A DNA stretch of 63,852 nucleotides, filler included, from Syncephalis fuscata S228 (GCA_025786725.1; 7 parts of 7 records of this genome joined end to end with filler, not necessarily neighbours in it); one strand, 5' to 3'; counted from the first letter of the whole stretch, positions 51,421 to 63,852 are shown. Notes: generated by a model not told the origin, from the sequence alone. Program-made: numbers and translations.

Positions 51421-52441
51421 TGTTTAACACGGTTTATATAACTAATAGCTAAACAAGAGCAACACAACACAGCCTAGCACAAAGAAGAATAAACAACTGT
51501 AACTACTGAGCAAATGTACAATACAGTAGCTGGTTATGAGCAAACTATAATAGGATACTTAGAGAGCAAACAGAAAGCAAGGAGAAAAGCTGATACTGAT
51601 ACTCGACTTAGTGTTGTCCTGATCTTATACCAGTCAAGGTGCTGTATATTTCAGGAGAAGCACAGGTGAAAAAATCAATCATATACGCCAATATTGACCT
51701 TTCTAGTTTTATAAATGACCTTTATTTGGAAATTTTGTGTCATTGATGTATTTGCTGCTTCCTTATCCTGTTTGTCTACAAACACACATCTGCCGAATGC
51801 AGTAATAAACAGGTTTTTGCCGCCTTGTTTCTCGTGCTACCGCCACGATGGACGTGCTGTCTTCGAATCAGATGCCGTTGATTCGATAATTATGGTAAAA
51901 AAGCAACTTAGCTGGAATATCACAGACTGGATTAGCACAAAGGATCCACGCGACAGCATTAAACAAACAGCTATAATGGCAGTAATGCTTATTGACTTGA
52001 CAAGGCATGCTAATCTGTAATAATTACCGGTTAATGCCCGAAGAACCCCGAGAATAGCACGTTATCACTCATCATTGCCGATTCCTTTTTTCAATGGCGT
52101 AAAAGCAGACTTACGTTAACTGGAAGCATATAGCAGATGCACGTGGTGTAGCGGTTAATACCATGCTAAAGAAAAACAAAGATAAAATTTAATTTTATAT
52201 TATTAAACCGATTATCCTTTCATTAATTTTGAATACATAGTTTATACAAGAAGCCATGGCACTACTACACAACATTTTGTTTTTTTAATTTTCAAAGTAT
52301 GCGAGCACTGACATTTACTAATGGAATCAAATAAAATGTGATGATCGCATGGCATATTGCATGCCATACAAAATTATTAGACAGGTAATCAACTATTTAG
52401 AGTGCTTTGGGGGGGGGTCAAATGACTAAATTTAATAACAT

Positions 52442-52528
52442 TTGGATTTGGATTTGGATTTATTAGCTTGAGTGAGACAACGGTTTGTAGGACCTAACCG
52501 CGCATTTGCAGCATTTGCCTGCCACCCC
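52442..52528 (-). mobile_element. 87-bp 5'-truncated non-LTR retroposon-like insertion with a 16-bp target-site duplication
   Basis: CTAAATTTAATAACAT is duplicated at 52426-52441 and 52529-52544; on the minus strand the insert ends AATAAATCCAAATCCAAATCCAA. Confidence 0.7.
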
Positions 52529-52949
52529 CTAAATTTAATAACATCCAATCTATTAAACATGATGATGGATGGTGAGTGACATCAATCATCAAATACTCGT
52601 CATCATAGATCCATTATCCAGTATGCATATATCTCTATCTACCTATATCATTCTATAATATTGTAAATTTGGTGCACTGTTGTTAATTTTACAACAATGG
52701 TTTAATTGTAATTGGATAAGGCACCAAAATAAAGAATAAAATCAAAGTTGGAGTAGAGTCAAGGTTAATATGATACTAATACTAATGTTTTTATTATTTG
52801 TTATGAATGTGAAGTACTTATACTGTAAAATAGGGATTATGGATACGAGCGGACTTAATATTACTTTCCCATTAATAATGATTAATATTACTTGGGAAAA
52901 AGAGTCGGGGTAAGTTCCGGGTGTTACATGCCCCTCTTCTAAGACGCGC

Positions 52950-53770
52950 CTAGTCCTCTATAGCGTCAGGAAAAGCATCAAAGGTGTGAGCCGGTTTCAG
53001 ACGGTCACGATGAACCTTACGAAGTTGACCTTTAATCTTAATCGTATAGACGGCTGGGGTGTGTCTAGCAATAATAGTGCGCGGTCCGTCCCACTTAGGT
53101 AGTAATTTATAATGCTTTAACATCAGGTATACGAGGGAATATTGTGTCGACTTGTAAAGCTTCAGTCGTTGTTTTAACCTTCTTCTTTCGAACTGGTGCA
53201 TAAGTACCTTTTTCTGGGTGTATTTGTGCATCCAAGAATTCAGTTAATTCCTCATAAGTAATGTCGACCTTGCAATTGCCTAGTTTGTCGCTAATATCGT
53301 AAGTATCACTGCCTTTCGGTCGGCGTGTCTCTAACAATTGTACTAGCTTCTGTAACTTGGCTGAAAATTTGGGTCGATTAGACTTGTTATTTACAGTCCT
53401 TTTATCGATCGTTGTTGCTGCATTGTCGTCTTCCATTTCTGCATCTTCTACGATCGACGATGATGTGGTAGATTGAATAGGTGTAGTAATCGGATCCGCT
53501 TCTGGTATAATTTCTTCTGGCGGTTCTGATATTGATACGACCTTAGGTAGGTGGTTAATTGGAGTGGTTGATATCGTTGGTGGGGTATCAACCGGGACTT
53601 CTTCATTTATTGACTGGGTATGAGCACGTCGTTGATTACGCGTTTTAATGTATGGCGTATCTCGATTATTGATTGATTTGACGCGCTTCTCTGCGGCTAA
53701 CGCTAGCTCGTCTGTAGGTTCTTTAGGTAATACCACGACTTGACCTTCAGCATGGGCCGCGGTTACCGAA
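52950..53770 (-). pseudogene. pol: Pol remnant: pre-protease region joined by deletion to the integrase C-terminal end
   Basis: ORF 53107-53736 continues gag in the -1 frame; KLLPKWDGP...YTI...KVHRDRLKP is the GPY/F-type integrase tail. Confidence 0.75.
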
Positions 53771-55069
53771 AATCCTTCCTCTGCTTACATTCGGCCCAGT
53801 TATGTGGATCGGCACTGCCACAAGTACGACACTTTCTGGGTGAGTAGTCACGTGCGACTAATGGTTTTTTGTCCAACGTAGTAGTAAGTTCACCTATTTG
53901 TTGAGTCATTTTACTAATTTGTTCTTCCAGTCGACTAATCTTGGTGTCGGTCGATTGTACAGTTGCTGGTTCATGTTTGACTAGTTGTTGCCAGTTATAG
54001 TTAGGTCGCATGCGTGGTGTATTATCAGTTCGTTGACTATTTGCTTGGTTCTGGTATACAGGAATAGTCGATCTGGTTGGTATACAACGATTTGCTTCTA
54101 GTCGTGACGCTGTCCTGATTCGACTTTCTAGCGTAATCGATTCGAGTGGTTGCATCATTTCGTAGTCGCGTAATGACACTTCCAGATCTTGTGACAGTCC
54201 TCGCATAAAAATGTCACTAATAGTCTCATCTGTTACTTCACGGCTATATCGAACTTTTCTAGCTATATCTTGAAGTCGTAAGGCGAATATATCTACACTC
54301 TCGTTGGGTTGTTGTTTGCCTTCCATTAAGCATCGGTGCCAAATAGCAACGATATCTGCTGTAAAATAAGCCTTGAGAAATTCATTATAAAACGTTGCAG
54401 GTCCGGAGTCGCGTAGTCCACGACCTTTGCGCCAATGCGTGACTTTTGGTTTGATAGCTTTCCACCAGAGCTTAGCTTGTCCATCCAGATAACTACCGAC
54501 CGTATTTAACCTGGCTTCGTGCGACCAACCATTCCTTTCTGCACATTCGTCGTACTGTTCCAGCCATGCAATGGCGTCTTCAGTCAATAATGATCCTGCA
54601 AACCGAACGATTGTCTTATCGTAACGTTGGTTTGCAAACCAGGACATTTGGCTAGACTGCATATTAGCCCATGGGTTTACTCCATCGAACGATTCGAGGA
54701 TTCTACCTGAGTCTTGCGTAGTAACTACCGGGTGAGCACCCGTAGCCTGTGACAAGTCAGGGATTCCATTAATCGGTTCGTGAGTGAGCCGGGGTTATCT
54801 GCGTTTGTTTGCCATTGTTCCGGATGGTCATTATTGCCTGGAGTTGCCTCTGACACAGTTGGTGATTGCTCAACGGTTGGCATCTGGTCATGATTGTTGC
54901 GCGCGATGTCGGCTAGGCGAAGTCTTTCCTGTGGAGATAATGATAAGAGGAGACTCATGGTCTCGCGTATCGACTGATCCGACCATCCATTGCTCTCGGA
55001 AACCGATTGCCATTGTGGTGTAGGGTGGGATGCTTCTTGTGTAGACCACACGTTGGTTGAATCGTCCAT
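53763..55069 (-). CDS. gag: Retrotransposon Gag (capsid + zinc knuckle); one frame break near 54750
   Basis: DAIAWLEQYDECAERNGW, YLDGQAKLWW, KQQPNESVDIFALRL (major homology region) and CRTCGSADPHNWAEC. Confidence 0.88.
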
Positions 55070-55134
55070 TTTGCGATATTGTTAAGGGGGCAATCTTTCG
55101 ATATCGTTTAATGAGTATTGTTAAATGAATAATA

Positions 55135-55673
55135 TACCAATATCCAACAGTAATATTGATAATGAAATGTAGTAAATGTACCAATATCAACAATAATATT
55201 GATAGTAAAGAAAGTAGTATACCAATATTAAATACACAATATTGATAATAAAGAAAGTAAATGTACCAATATCAAACAATAATATTGATAGTAAGGAAGT
55301 AATATACCAATATTAAATAAATAATATTGATAATGAAATGTAAATGTACCAATATCAAACAATAATATTGATAGTAAAGAAGTAATGTACCAATATTAAA
55401 TAAATAATATTGATAATGAGGAAAGTAATATACCAATATCAAACAGTAATATTGATAATAAAGAAAGTAAATGTACCAATATCAAACAATAATATTGATA
55501 GTAAAGAAGTAATATACCAATATTAAATAAATAATATTGATAATGAGGAAGTACTATACCAATATTAAATACACAATATTGATAATAAAGAAAGTAATAT
55601 ACCAATATCAAACAGTAATATTGATAATAAAGAAAGTAGTATACCAATATTAAATAAATAATATTGATAATAA
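55135..55673. repeat. Tandem array of ~13 x ~42-bp units in the retrotransposon 5' leader
   Basis: Unit ACCAATAT(C/T)AAA(C/T)AATAATATTGATA(A/G)TAAAGAAAGTAAT with internal CAATAT/ATATTG dyad. Confidence 0.92.
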
Positions 55674-56531
55674 GGAAACGCTGTACTAGTAATAGTCTTA
55701 AAGCGTAGGAGAACGTTGGTCCTCTATTGTGCTCGCCAATGTAAATTTGGTGCACTGTTGTTAATTTTACAACAATGGTTTAATTGTAATTGGATAAGGC
55801 ACCAAAATAAAGAATAAAATCAAAGTTGGAGTAGAGTCAAGGTTAATATGATACTAATACTAATGTTTTTATTATTTGTTATGAATGTGAAGTACTTATA
55901 CTGTAAAATAGGGATTATGGATACGAGCGGACTTAATATTACTTTCCCATTAATAATGATTAATATTACTTGGGAAAAAAGAGTCGGGGTAAGTTCCGGN
56001 NNNNNNNNNNNNNNNNNNNNNNNNNNNNNNNNNNNNNNNNNNNTTAATTAATTAANNNNNNNNNNNNNNNNNNNNNNNNNNNNNNNNNNNNNNNNNNNNA
56101 ATGCTGTCAAGTGTGGTGGATGAGAAAGAGGAACGTGTGACGCAAATCGTGTGCTATGCGATCGGCAGTCTGTTTTTATAGTGTGGGTGCAAGTGCTGAT
56201 GTAATATGAATAAACAATTATTATGATTGGTACCAATTGACTTGTTTGACAGCACTCGCCCAGTCAAACTAAACGTTTATTTTATTGAATAATCATTTTC
56301 ATTAAATTATCAAATCATTAGATTATATTATGATTTGGGTGTCAAATGACTATATTGATAACATTCGCGTAGTTGAACTGCACATTCAATGTATTGAACA
56401 TGATGGTGGATGGTAAGTGACGTCAATCATCAAATACTCATTGCTGTAAATGTATTGTCCAATATGCATATATCCTCTATTTACTTGCATTATTCACATT
56501 CTGTTTATGCTGTACACTTTTATATATATAA

Positions 56532-58133
56532 TGTCGTTGTACATCGTTATACAGTATATTGACCACACTCTATCGATTGGCGTTGTCCATTTGACCATAG
56601 CTTTATAGTTGAATTGGTCACTCATTACACTCATTTTGCTAATTACCATATTACGCAGTCACAATTGGACACACTAAAATATTAATAGTAAATTAACGAA
56701 AAAATATACAGCAAATCCGATTGGTTCTGCGTACTCAGACGACAATTCTGGTTATAATGGATCAATAAAATGCGATGTGTAAATATTTATTGTTTTTATT
56801 CAGAATTGTATATGCATATCATAGCAATATTGGTCAAATATTGGTAAAAATAATAAGTATACAAATAAATTTGTTTATTTATTGCTATAATTTGTTTATT
56901 ATGATATTGTGTTGATTGGTGTATGGTATACTGGCTACTGGGGGTCAATTCGGCCTATTCTAGTGCAGTCATTGCAGTCATTGCAGTAATTTCAGCTAAT
57001 GACCAGTCAGTATGGTTCTTGCAGGTCATTACTCGTAGTTCAGCTACCGTATTTTGTTTGTTTTGTTGTTTTACGTAGTTTACGCATCACTCGCTTCCCC
57101 AGCGTTGTTTTTACGTATTTATCTATGTAATGGTCACTTTACTCGTTGTATTTTACTCATATTGGCCTCAATCTGCACAGCACATTGCCACAGCACTACT
57201 GCTTGAGTGGCACCTTCCTAATATGAAGCCATTAGCGTGACCGTTTTTCGAACTCCAATACTAGGTCCCGTAGTGGTAGAACCCTTTTGTGAGGGCACTT
57301 GAAATGGCCATAGTGGTACACTGTAACTTATCACTGTAAATTTGACGTTGTATACCATATGTGTTTTATTTTATAGCGTGTTGTTGTATATTGTTATACA
57401 GTATAATGGCCACGCTCTATCGATTGGCGCTGTCCATTTTACGCTAGCTTTATAGTTGAAACTGGCCATTCCTTACACTCAGTTCGCTAATTACCATATT
57501 ACGCAGTCACAATTGGACACACTAAAAAATTAATAGTAAATTAACGAAAAAATATACAGCAAATCCGATTGGTTCTGCGTACTCAGACGACAATTCTGGT
57601 TATAATAAGCCAATAAAATCGATGTGTAAATATTTATTGTTTTTATTCAGAATTGTATATGCATATCATAGCAATATTGGTCAAATATTGGTAAAAATAA
57701 TAAGTATACAAATAAATTTGTTTATTTATTGCTATAATTTGTTTATTATGATAGTGTGTTGATTGTGTATGGTATACTGGCTACTGGGGGTCAATTCGGC
57801 CTATTCTAGTGCAGTCATTGCAGTCATTGCAGTAATTTCAGCTAATGACCAGTCAGTATGGTTCTTGCAGGTCATTACTCGTAGTTCAGCTACCGTATTT
57901 TGTTTGTTTTGTTTGTTTTACGTAGTTTACGCATCACTCGCTTCCCCTGCGTTGTTTTTACGTATTTATCTATGTAATGGTCACTTTACTCGTTGTATTT
58001 TACTCATATTGGCCTCAATCTGCACAGCACATTGCCACAGCACTACTGCTTGAGTGGCACCTTCCTAATATGAAGCCATTAGCGTGACCGTTTTTCGAAC
58101 TCCAATACTAGGTCCCGTAGTGGTAGAACCCTT
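56532..58133 (+). repeat. Tandem duplication, period ~847 bp
   Basis: 56532-57287 closely matches 57379-58133; both end CTAGGTCCCGTAGTGGTAGAACCCTTT. Confidence 0.9.
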
Positions 58134-58449
58134 TGTTGTTTCTCTCTTCTCTTGTTGTTGTCTTTGTTGTTGTTCTATTGTCGTTGTTATTGTTGTTTTC
58201 TAACTCGCTATCGCTCGTATATTTGTTCTGTAGGTTCTTGTTCATTTTCTTTCATTTTTCATTTTTGTCTTATTTTTCTTATTTTAGCCCTATTTTATCA
58301 AGCCCTATCTTAATTAGCCCTAAATAATTGTCAAAAATATTTTTAAAAAATAAAAAAATTCGTTGTCTGTTTTATTGTTGTTTCTTAATCTCCTGTTCAT
58401 TCTGTTTCTTTGTCACCTACTCTCATGTCATTTGAACCATTATTTATCG

Positions 58450-58890
58450 AGTTATTCCATTATTTAGTCATTTATTCTATTATTTAGTCATTTATTCACT
58501 TATTTAGTCATTTATTCAATTGTTTAGTCCTTTATTCAATTGTTTAGTCATTTATTCAATTGTTTAGTCCTTTATTCAATTGTTTAGTCATTTATTCAAT
58601 TGTTTAGTCATTTATTCAATTGTTTAGTCATTTATTCAATTGTTTAGTCATTTATTCACTTATTTAGTCATTTATTCAATTATTTAGTCATTTATTCAAT
58701 TATTTAGTCAATTCTTCAATTATTTAGTCAGTTATTCAATTATTTAGTCCCTTATTCAATTATTTAGTCCTTATTCAATTATTTAGTCAGTTATTCAGTT
58801 GTTTAGTCTATTATTCAATTCTTTAGTCACTTAGTCAATTATTTATTCAGTTATTTAGTCAATTATGCCATTATTCAAATACTTAGTCAA
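58450..58890 (+). repeat. 20-bp minisatellite (TTTATTCAATTGTTTAGTCA)n
   Basis: About 20 copies, near-perfect in the centre and degenerate at the edges. Confidence 0.93.
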
Positions 58891-59609
58891 TTATTCATGT
58901 ATTTGCTACTTTATTAACTCAAATTGTCCACTAGTACAACTCTGTCAATACACAAGCTATCACTATGAAATACATTGCATATTATTGCCTAATTACTGCT
59001 GTATCTGTCTATGTCAATGTATATACAATATCGTGTAAATTTGTGCTATTCTATTTAACTTACAAAGTACGCGTATATTGGCCTATTTATCCGTTAATTT
59101 GCTTTATTTAGTCAATTATTTGGCCACTTGTACCATTTATTGTATAAACTACTTATTATATTATGCATATAGGCTATTGATAATTAACTTGGTCAATTAT
59201 TCCGTTGTTTAGTCCATTATTCAGTTAGTTAGTTTACTGGGCAAATATCGGCTAATTATTGCCATTTTTACTCAAATATTGAGTAGATTGGCCCACTAGT
59301 AAAAGTCCGTCAATATACAAGCTAGTACATTCAAATAACTTGCAAAACATTGCTTAGTTGATGCTGTATCTATGTATATAAACATATATATACTTTGGTG
59401 GAAATGTGGTAAAATAAAAAATAAAAATTGGTGGGACAGGCTACCTATGCTCCGTTTGTCATTTAATCAATTAGTTATTCTGTCTGTCTGTCTGTCTGTC
59501 AATTATTCCATTATTTAGTGTGTCTGTCTATCTGTCATTTAATTGCTTACTCAATCCGTTAGTTGACCAGTCTGTCAATCTGTCAACCATTCTGTTATTT
59601 AGTCTATTG

Positions 59610-62435
59610 TTCAATCATTTATGCATTGGTTGTCTAATTCTTATATTGTTGATTATTAATGTCAACGAATTAGTCGAGTCGTTAGTCTGTAATATTGTAG
59701 TCAATTAGTTGGTCAATTATGCCAACTAGTTAGTCAATATTGGTCAATTAGTTGGTCAATTAGTTGTCGTTTATTCAATTAGTTGATCATTTAGTTGGTC
59801 AGTGCTCAATTAGTTGCTTATTTAGTTATTCAATTTGTCCGTAATTAGTCAATCACTCATTCATTCAATTAATTCCATATTTATTTGTTCCATTATTCAA
59901 TTAGTATATGTCTGTCAATATATTTCTAGAACATATATTAAATTCAAATATTGTTTAGTTAATGCTACATCTGTTTATATAAACGTACATAATCTTATGG
60001 TAATGAGTGCTAAATTCTATTCTTCAATATGTGAGTGTCAATCTACCGATGAATAATCATATATGTGAGGTAATAATTAATATATCATTGCATGTTGTAA
60101 GCACTATAACATACTGACGTGAATGAGTCGTGTATATTGCTTCCTACAATTAATATGAATATACACACGATATCATACAATGATATATGTAAATAATGGA
60201 TGTATGCATATTGAGTATATGCACACTGGATATATGCTTACTGGATAATAATTACATTAATGCTATTTTCTATTTTATTTATTATCATCCATTATCATGT
60301 TCAGTACATTAAATGCTTTTAAATATTGCCATTTGATCTGCTGATCATACTATAAGCATCATTAATTGTTTAATCATAGTTAGTATGTGCAACATATACT
60401 AATTGTATAATCTTTATTGTACAATTCACTTGATTAGATACAATAAACTATATTGTATTGATTTTTTGATTGAGATGCAAAAGTATAAACCTTTGCATCT
60501 ACTTATTTAGTAGCTATGTGCTTTTATTTAATGCTTTGCTCGGATATTGTTTGGTAATATCAAGTAATAATCCTTGGATATTACCAATAAATTATATATT
60601 ATTAATTGATCCAATATCTTTTTTAATCTTGCTGTTAATTGATAGCAATAGTATTAATTAATCTTGATGATGTCACATCAAGTACTTGTGAAGTTGCTAT
60701 TGTTGCTATTGTTGCTATTGTTGCTATTGTTGTGATGGTATACCGCCGTTTATTGGTGACAGTATACCACCACATACAAATTATGATGGATACTGCTACA
60801 ACTGCTTTATCACATTACTTACTTACTTAAAATGGCGATTAGTGTGTTAGCGGCCGGCTACCTACAATTCTAAACAATAAATACAATGTTAGTACGTTAG
60901 TAGACAATTGTCTTGAATTGTATTGCATATTTGTTTTTAGTGTGCTAGCGGCCGGCTATGTATAATAATAATACTAATACGTCTATNNNNNNNNNNNNNN
61001 NNNNNNNNNNNNNNNNNNNNNNNNNNNNNNTTAATTAATTAANNNNNNNNNNNNNNNNNNNNNNNNNNNNNNNNNNNNNNNNNNNNTAAAGCAGTTGTAG
61101 CAGTATCCATCATAATTTGTATGTGGTGGTATACCGCCACCAATAAACGGTGGTATACCATCACAACAATAGCAACAATAGCAACAATAGCAACTTCACA
61201 AGTACTTGATGTGACATCATCAAGACTAATTGATACTATTGCTATCAATTAACAGCAAGATTAAAAAAGAATATTGGATCAATTAATAATATATTATTTA
61301 TTGGTAATATCCAAGGATTAGTAATTGATATTACCAAACAATATCCAAGCAAAGCATTAAATAAAAGCACATAGCTACTAAATAAGTAGATGCAAAGCTT
61401 TATACTTTTGCATCTCAATCAACAAAATCAATACAATATAGTTTATTGTATTTAATCAAGTGAATTGTGACAATAAATATTATACAATTAGTATGTGTTG
61501 CACATACTAACTAATGATTAAACAATTTAACAATGCTTATAGTATGATCAGCAGATCAAAGGCAATATTTAAAAGCATTTAACGTACTGAACATGATAAT
61601 GGATGATGAATAAATAAAATAGAAAATAGACATTAATGTAGAAGTATTATCCAGTAAGCATATATCCAGTGTGCATATACTTAATATGCATACATCCAGT
61701 ATTTACATATATCATTGTATGATATCGTGTGTATATCATATTAATTGTAGGAAGCAATATACACGACTCATTCATGTCAGTATGTTATAGTGCTTATAAC
61801 ATGCAATGATTTATATTAATTATTACCTCACATATATGATGTATTGCATCGGTAGATTGACATTCATATATTGAATAATAGAATTTAGCACTCATTACCA
61901 TAAAAGTTATGTACGTTTATATACACAGATGTAACATTAACTAAACAATATTTTGCAATTTAATTATTGATATAGGACATATATTGACAGACATATACTA
62001 ATTGAATAATGGAACAAATAAAGAAGGAATTAATTGAATAAATGAGTGATTGACTAATTGACGGACAAATTGAATAACTAAATAAGCAACTAATTTACCA
62101 ACTGCCCAACTAAATGATCAACTAATTGAATAAACGACTAACTAAATGAACAACTAATTTCCCAACTAATTTCCAACTATTGACTAACTAGTTGGCATAA
62201 TTTCCAACTAATTGACTAACAATATTACAGACTAACGACTCGACTAATTCGTAGACATTAATAATCAACAATATAAGAAGTAGACAACCAATTGCATAAA
62301 TGATTGAACAATATACGGTTAAAGTGAACACTGTCACCACCAAAATGAACATTAACAATGAATAACTTGATAAATAATGGCTCAAATGACATGAGAGTAG
62401 GTGACAATGAAACAGAATGAACAGGAGATGAAGAA
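59610..62435. repeat. Two diverged copies of a >1.2-kb repeat in inverted orientation on either side of a gap
   Basis: 61087-62310 is the diverged reverse complement of ~59610-60809; 62360-62435 matches the reverse complement of ~58385-58460; includes (GTTGCTATT)n. Confidence 0.85.
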
Positions 62436-62545
62436 NNNNNNNNNNNNNNNNNNNNNNNNNNNNNNNNNNNNNNNNNNNNTTAATTAATTAANNNNNNNNN
62501 NNNNNNNNNNNNNNNNNNNNNNNNNNNNNNNNNNNTCTTGATAGG

Positions 62546-63852
62546 TAGCTAAATCAGTGCCGGCAAATTCACAAGACTTTGCATTAACAAAACAGGAGCG
62601 AGTCCACGTTCGGCCGTCCAGCGCGTTGTTGGATTTGGATCAAGTAAGCCGGCGGCCACTTCCATTGCTTGCCACACCACTTTGGGAATCGTTGTATCGC
62701 GGAATGGATTATTTAACGACTCAATGAGTTCGGCACGTGCCCGTTCTAGCGTGTCCATTGTGGCAATAGAGCTGCCTAAACAACGAACAGTGGTGCAGTC
62801 CTCTGGCAGATACGGTACAAGTGCAAGGGCAAATACAACACCGCTGAGAAAAAGTCACAGCTACGGCCATCGCGCATTGGTTGTTGTTGAGGCTGGCGAC
62901 GTCGATCATCATAATCTGTCGCAGGTACTGAACCAATAGATCTGACTAGTAGAATATCCAAGTCATCGTCATTGTTATCCTGCGTCGAGCAAGATAAACC
63001 AAGTAGTTCAGGTGCTATAAAGCCTGCTGTACCACAAGGACGAATACCAGAGGAGCAGCCAGCTCGTGGACCATTGGCCGGCACATCTCTAGCTAGACCA
63101 AAATCAATCAACACTAAATCACCAGCTGCATCTTGAAGCATATTCGCTGGATTAATATCCAAATGAACTAGACCACGCTGATGTACATGGTATAATGCTG
63201 AAAGCATTTGACGCAATAGTCTGGCCAAATCAATCAAATCGTGTTCGGCCCAGTTAAGTGGACGTAGACGTGGCAAAATAAACACCCGTCTACTTTGATC
63301 ATCAAGGAATGTATCAATCAACTGGACAACATTCTCTACACCGGCCACTCGATCAAATGCAGCCAGTTCACGCACGGCCAAATAAGTATCGGCGACTGTT
63401 TTGAACGTTACCGGAAGACAATCGGCAGCCCGCACACCAAATTCCACTACAGATAATAAATTATCGTATTTACGACACCGATCATTGACTAAATAGCCAG
63501 TTGTGCTTGCGATGGGTAATGCTCACAAGGTGCATGATAAATATAGTCAGGGTGGCGTTGTCGATGACGTACCATTAATTGCATTTGTTGTTTTAGTACT
63601 GACGTAGATGCAGGAAATTTATGTTCAGATTCTGGTGAGTTGACATTGTCCATTGAACAGTCTAGATCATCATCAGCGTCATCATCAGTTTCATGGCTTG
63701 TTTTAACTGAAGAAGCGGCAGTCAATGAACTTGTAAATGACTGTCCTCCTGCCGTTGATATTGCTGTATCGCTTGTATCATTACCGTCATCTACTTCGTC
63801 ATCTACTTCGTCTTCTTCTGCTACGCCATTAACGATGATAGATGGTTTCTTA
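62546..63852 (-). CDS. Divergent Ser/Thr protein kinase, 5' end outside window, with frame breaks
   Basis: AVREL, NVVQLIDTF, GLVHLDINPANML, LIDFGLA, GTAGFIAPE, DFFSA-GVVF and LLDPNPTTRWTA; acidic N-terminal region. Confidence 0.85.

Larger units (their letters stand above)
52662..55999 (-). mobile_element. Internally deleted Ty3/gypsy-type LTR retrotransposon
   Basis: Near-identical TG...CA LTRs at 52662-52928 and 55740-55999 (cut by gap); PBS TGGCGAGCAC after the 5' LTR; polypurine tract AGAAGAGGGG before the 3' LTR; gag present; no protease, RT, RNase H or integrase core. Confidence 0.93.

Noticed and set aside
52136-52170. tRNA-like GCACGTGGTGTAGCGGTTAATACC
   Set aside because: Only an A-box/D-arm-like stretch; no anticodon arm, T-arm or acceptor 3' strand follows.
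52441-52460. (TTTGGA)3 as an interstitial telomere repeat
   Set aside because: Only three units and bounded by a target-site duplication; better explained as a retroposon 3' tail.
55135-55673. Regularly spaced palindromic repeats as a CRISPR array
   Set aside because: No unique spacers, no cas genes, eukaryotic context, and located inside an LTR element.
59610-62310. Giant hairpin formed by the two inverted >1.2-kb copies
   Set aside because: The copies lie on different contigs separated by an artificial linker, so their orientation and distance are unverified.
55396-62385. Hydrophobic ORFs (55396-55755, 57763-58053, 58133-58327, 60639-60830, 61039-61248 and others)
   Set aside because: Translations of tandem or low-complexity repeats.
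33600-63852. Frequent frame breaks in otherwise intact genes as possible genome-wide programmed frameshifting or RNA editing
   Set aside because: Breaks share no common motif, often come several per few hundred bases and cluster regionally, which fits uncorrected single-base indels or decay. Read re-mapping would settle it.

Overview
AT-rich, intron-dense eukaryotic DNA from a fungus. The ~50-70 nt GT-AG introns and gene families suggest an early-diverging lineage, possibly a Zoopagomycota mycoparasite such as Syncephalis; this is inference only. The window is seven contigs joined by identical artificial 100-nt linkers (N44-TTAATTAATTAA-N44), so adjacency across gaps is unproven. It holds about 17 protein-coding loci: an RBR E3 ligase fused to zinc fingers and a tail anchor, a split-PH/degenerate-Sec7 protein, a secreted M28 aminopeptidase, a 50-aa secreted peptide, a secreted pseudokinase-like protein, sphingosine kinase, an amidohydrolase, transgelin/SCP1, an NDUFA12/NDUFAF2-like gene, two tandem syntaxins, a secreted protein, a 7TM receptor-like gene, U2SURP, a small mitochondrial protein, a FlbC-like C2H2 factor, a LaeA-like methyltransferase and a partial kinase. 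Mobile and repetitive DNA includes two Mutator (MULE) copies, an internally deleted Ty3/gypsy element, an 87-bp retroposed insert with a 16-bp target-site duplication, two long foldback repeats and a repeat-rich block at 56-62 kb. The most striking observation is an intact stand-alone 5S rRNA gene lacking its own Pol III terminator, followed 6 nt later by tRNA-Gly(GCC), which predicts a dicistronic 5S-tRNA transcript. Many single-base frame breaks, mostly after ~33 kb, look like assembly indels, so pseudogene calls there are uncertain. Exon boundaries were read by eye.
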